Positions 38,161 to 40,110 of a stretch of 40,110 nucleotides of DNA are shown one piece after another. The position numbers and the translations under genes were made by a program. Below the pieces are notes generated by a model. That model was not told where the DNA came from, made no database searches, and worked only from the letters and a program-made list of their open reading frames with translations. Position 1 is the stretch's first letter, and every line of letters begins with the position of its first letter. The DNA comes from Planctomycetota bacterium (GTDB lineage Bacteria > Planctomycetota > GCA-002687715 > DRQF01): the NCBI GenBank assembly GCA_027001995.1, contig JALTLO010000148.1, forward strand, positions 1 to 40,110. Direction: 5' to 3'.

Positions 38161-40110
38161 TCAAAGGCGAATGAGTGGACACATTCCAGTGGGAAAAATC
38201 TTGGCGCCAAACTTGTCGAATTCACAACAGACCTGTTCCTCAGAGGAGGAAACGACCACCCCCTCCCCATAACGGGCATGTCGCACCATCAAGCCCGCTC
38301 CCCAAGCATGACTGACTCGAGGCGTGTCTTCGGCGAAAGATAGTTCATCCATGAGGTCTTGGGGAATCAAATCCAAGAATGGACTGGGTTCTGGCTTCGC
38401 TTGAGGATGAGCAGGATTCTTGTGCCAAGTCATGAAAAGTCGATCTTTAGCCCGGGTCATGGCGACGAAAAGCAGGCGTCTTTCTTCCGCTTGGTTGTCA
38501 CCATCCCTGGCTGAGGATTTCAAGGGAACAAGCCCGGCATTCACACCACTGATGAAGACATGGTCATATTCCAAACCTTTGGATGCATGCATGGTCATAA
38601 TCTCGACGCTGCCAGCGGAAGGCTCTTCAACTTCTTCATGGACCATCGAACGCAAATGATCAACAGCCGCTTCTGCCCATTGAGTGGCCGTCTTCAGATT
38701 GGACAGAAATCTGAGATCATTCAGCCACGATCGCAAGCGTGCGACAAATATGGGTGCATCTGAAGAAAGAGGATGCAAGAAACTAAGGACACCGGACAAA
38801 GCAATCCACGTCTCACCTCCTGCATCTAATCTCTCGCCCTTCCAGGCGTCTCTTATCTCATCCAAGCGACACAAGATCCCAGCGACATCAAGAGAATCGA
38901 GAGAACCTTGAGACTTCAGGTAAGACGAGAAGTCTTCAGAATTCAGTAACTCAGCCACAGGCTTACCCCGCAGCTTCGAAAACCCAAAGTTCCCATCCAC
39001 CACCCAACGGAGATTCCTGGGACAATGATCCGGACTCAATAACCAGCGAAAATAATCAAGGCAGAAGGTCCGAAGACTAAGATTCATCATGCCGGAGTCA
39101 CGGACCACAACGTCAATCCCCGCCAGTGAGAGTTGTTGCCTCAGTGGCTCTATTTGATTGCGGGTGCGAACTAAAATGGCCTGAGTTTTCTCCCGCGCCC
39201 CGGACTTCAATGCAGAAGCCAAGAAACAAGTCTCCGAAACCACATCGTGAAACCCCTCCACTGATATGACCCCTGTTTCAGACCGAGCAGGAATCAATGG
39301 GCCCCCAAGCCGCTCAAGACTCAAGACAAAACGTGCCCCTTCTAAAATCTTTACGGCTGAACGGTAGTTTCTGGTCAGGGTAAATGTCTCGGTTTCCCAG
39401 GAATCTTTGAATGCTGAAAAAACTTCGCTTTGAGTTCCTCGCCAAGAGTAGATCATTTGGTCCGGATCACCCACTGCGAACAACTGAGTATCCGGCCTTC
39501 TCCAAGACTCGATGAGAGCCATCTGGCCACTATCGGTGTCTTGCAGTTCATCAACCAAGATCCAGGAAGGTCGCATCTTCTCGGCCAGCTCTTTTGCGAT
39601 CTGAGTGCCCTCGGCTACCAGGTCGTCATAGTCCAAGAAGTTGCGCTTTACTTTCTCCTTCGCATAGGCGGACATCAAAGTCCCGAAATCATCATCCCTC
39701 TTCATGTTGCCGAATCTCTTCTGGCCCAAGCGATAATTCTCCACCCGCCGGATCAACTTCTTGCGATAAAGGATGTCTAAATCCATCTTTTCTATCAGGT
39801 CATTGAGAAGATCCAATTGTCCAAGGACATCAAGAATTGAAGGCAAAAGAAGTTTGGCCTGGGTCTTTGCCTTCCTTCGGGACTGAGAAATGAGATCGTA
39901 AGCAAGAGAATGAAATGTCCCTATTTTCGGTTGCTTGTCCTTTGACCACCCAAGTCCCAAGCAAACACCCTTGAGACGCTGGCGAATTTCCCGGGCAGCT
40001 CTGCGGGTGAAAGTAAAAACCAATATATGCTCGGCGGCAACGCTCTGGGCTAAGAGATGTACGATTTTTTGAATCAGTACTGTGGTCTTGCCGCTGCCCA
40101 CAGGCGCCGT
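38161..40110 (-). CDS. UvrD/Rep/PcrA family ATP-dependent DNA helicase (5' end outside the window)
   Basis: Frame open to the window edge: TAPVGSGKTT (Walker A), VDELQD, VGDPDQMIYSWRG, NYRS, TMHASKGLE, EERRLLFVAMTRAK and a C-terminal Tudor-like VRHARYGEG. Confidence 0.92.
   Translation of the reverse strand, partial: TAPVGSGKTTVLIQKIVHLLAQSVAAEHILVFTFTRRAAREIRQRLKGVCLGLGWSKDKQPKIGTFHSLAYDLISQSRRKAKTQAKLLLPSILDVLGQLDLLNDLIEKMDLDILYRKKLIRRVENYRLGQKRFGNMKRDDDFGTLMSAYAKEKVKRNFLDYDDLVAEGTQIAKELAEKMRPSWILVDELQDTDSGQMALIESWRRPDTQLFAVGDPDQMIYSWRGTQSEVFSAFKDSWETETFTLTRNYRSAVKILEGARFVLSLERLGGPLIPARSETGVISVEGFHDVVSETCFLASALKSGAREKTQAILVRTRNQIEPLRQQLSLAGIDVVVRDSGMMNLSLRTFCLDYFRWLLSPDHCPRNLRWVVDGNFGFSKLRGKPVAELLNSEDFSSYLKSQGSLDSLDVAGILCRLDEIRDAWKGERLDAGGETWIALSGVLSFLHPLSSDAPIFVARLRSWLNDLRFLSNLKTATQWAEAAVDHLRSMVHEEVEEPSAGSVEIMTMHASKGLEYDHVFISGVNAGLVPLKSSARDGDNQAEERRLLFVAMTRAKDRLFMTWHKNPAHPQAKPEPSPFLDLIPQDLMDELSFAEDTPRVSHAWGAGLMVRHARYGEGVVVSSSEEQVCCEFDKFGAKIFPTGMCPLIRL

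Overview
Gene-dense bacterial chromosomal window of moderate GC (roughly 50-55% by eye). The gene content and style of the secreted proteins suggest a Planctomycetota-like lineage, which is an inference only. It carries mostly housekeeping and metabolic genes: truD, a TIGR01777 oxidoreductase, rsmG, mnmG, dinB, malic enzyme, an M1 aminopeptidase, a UvrD helicase cut by the window edge, two ferredoxins, XdhC, a BoxD-like aldehyde dehydrogenase, glycosyltransferases, tRNA-Pro(UGG) and several secreted proteins. The clearest hidden feature is a selenocysteine cluster selA-selD-selC. The ORF track truncates selD: the gene really starts at 23125 and has an in-frame TGA (Sec22, motif GG-U-AAK) followed by SECIS-like hairpins. 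It is followed by an unannotated tRNA-Sec(UCA) with an atypical acceptor stem and D-stem, and selB is absent from the window. Other points of interest are two secreted hydrolase homologues that seem to have lost their catalytic serine, an intact PETase/cutinase-like secreted hydrolase, a hairpin-dense 570-bp region upstream of selA, a Fur-like box, a small DnaA-box cluster and a sensor-less hybrid kinase operon. No CRISPR array, integrase, transposase or prophage was seen.
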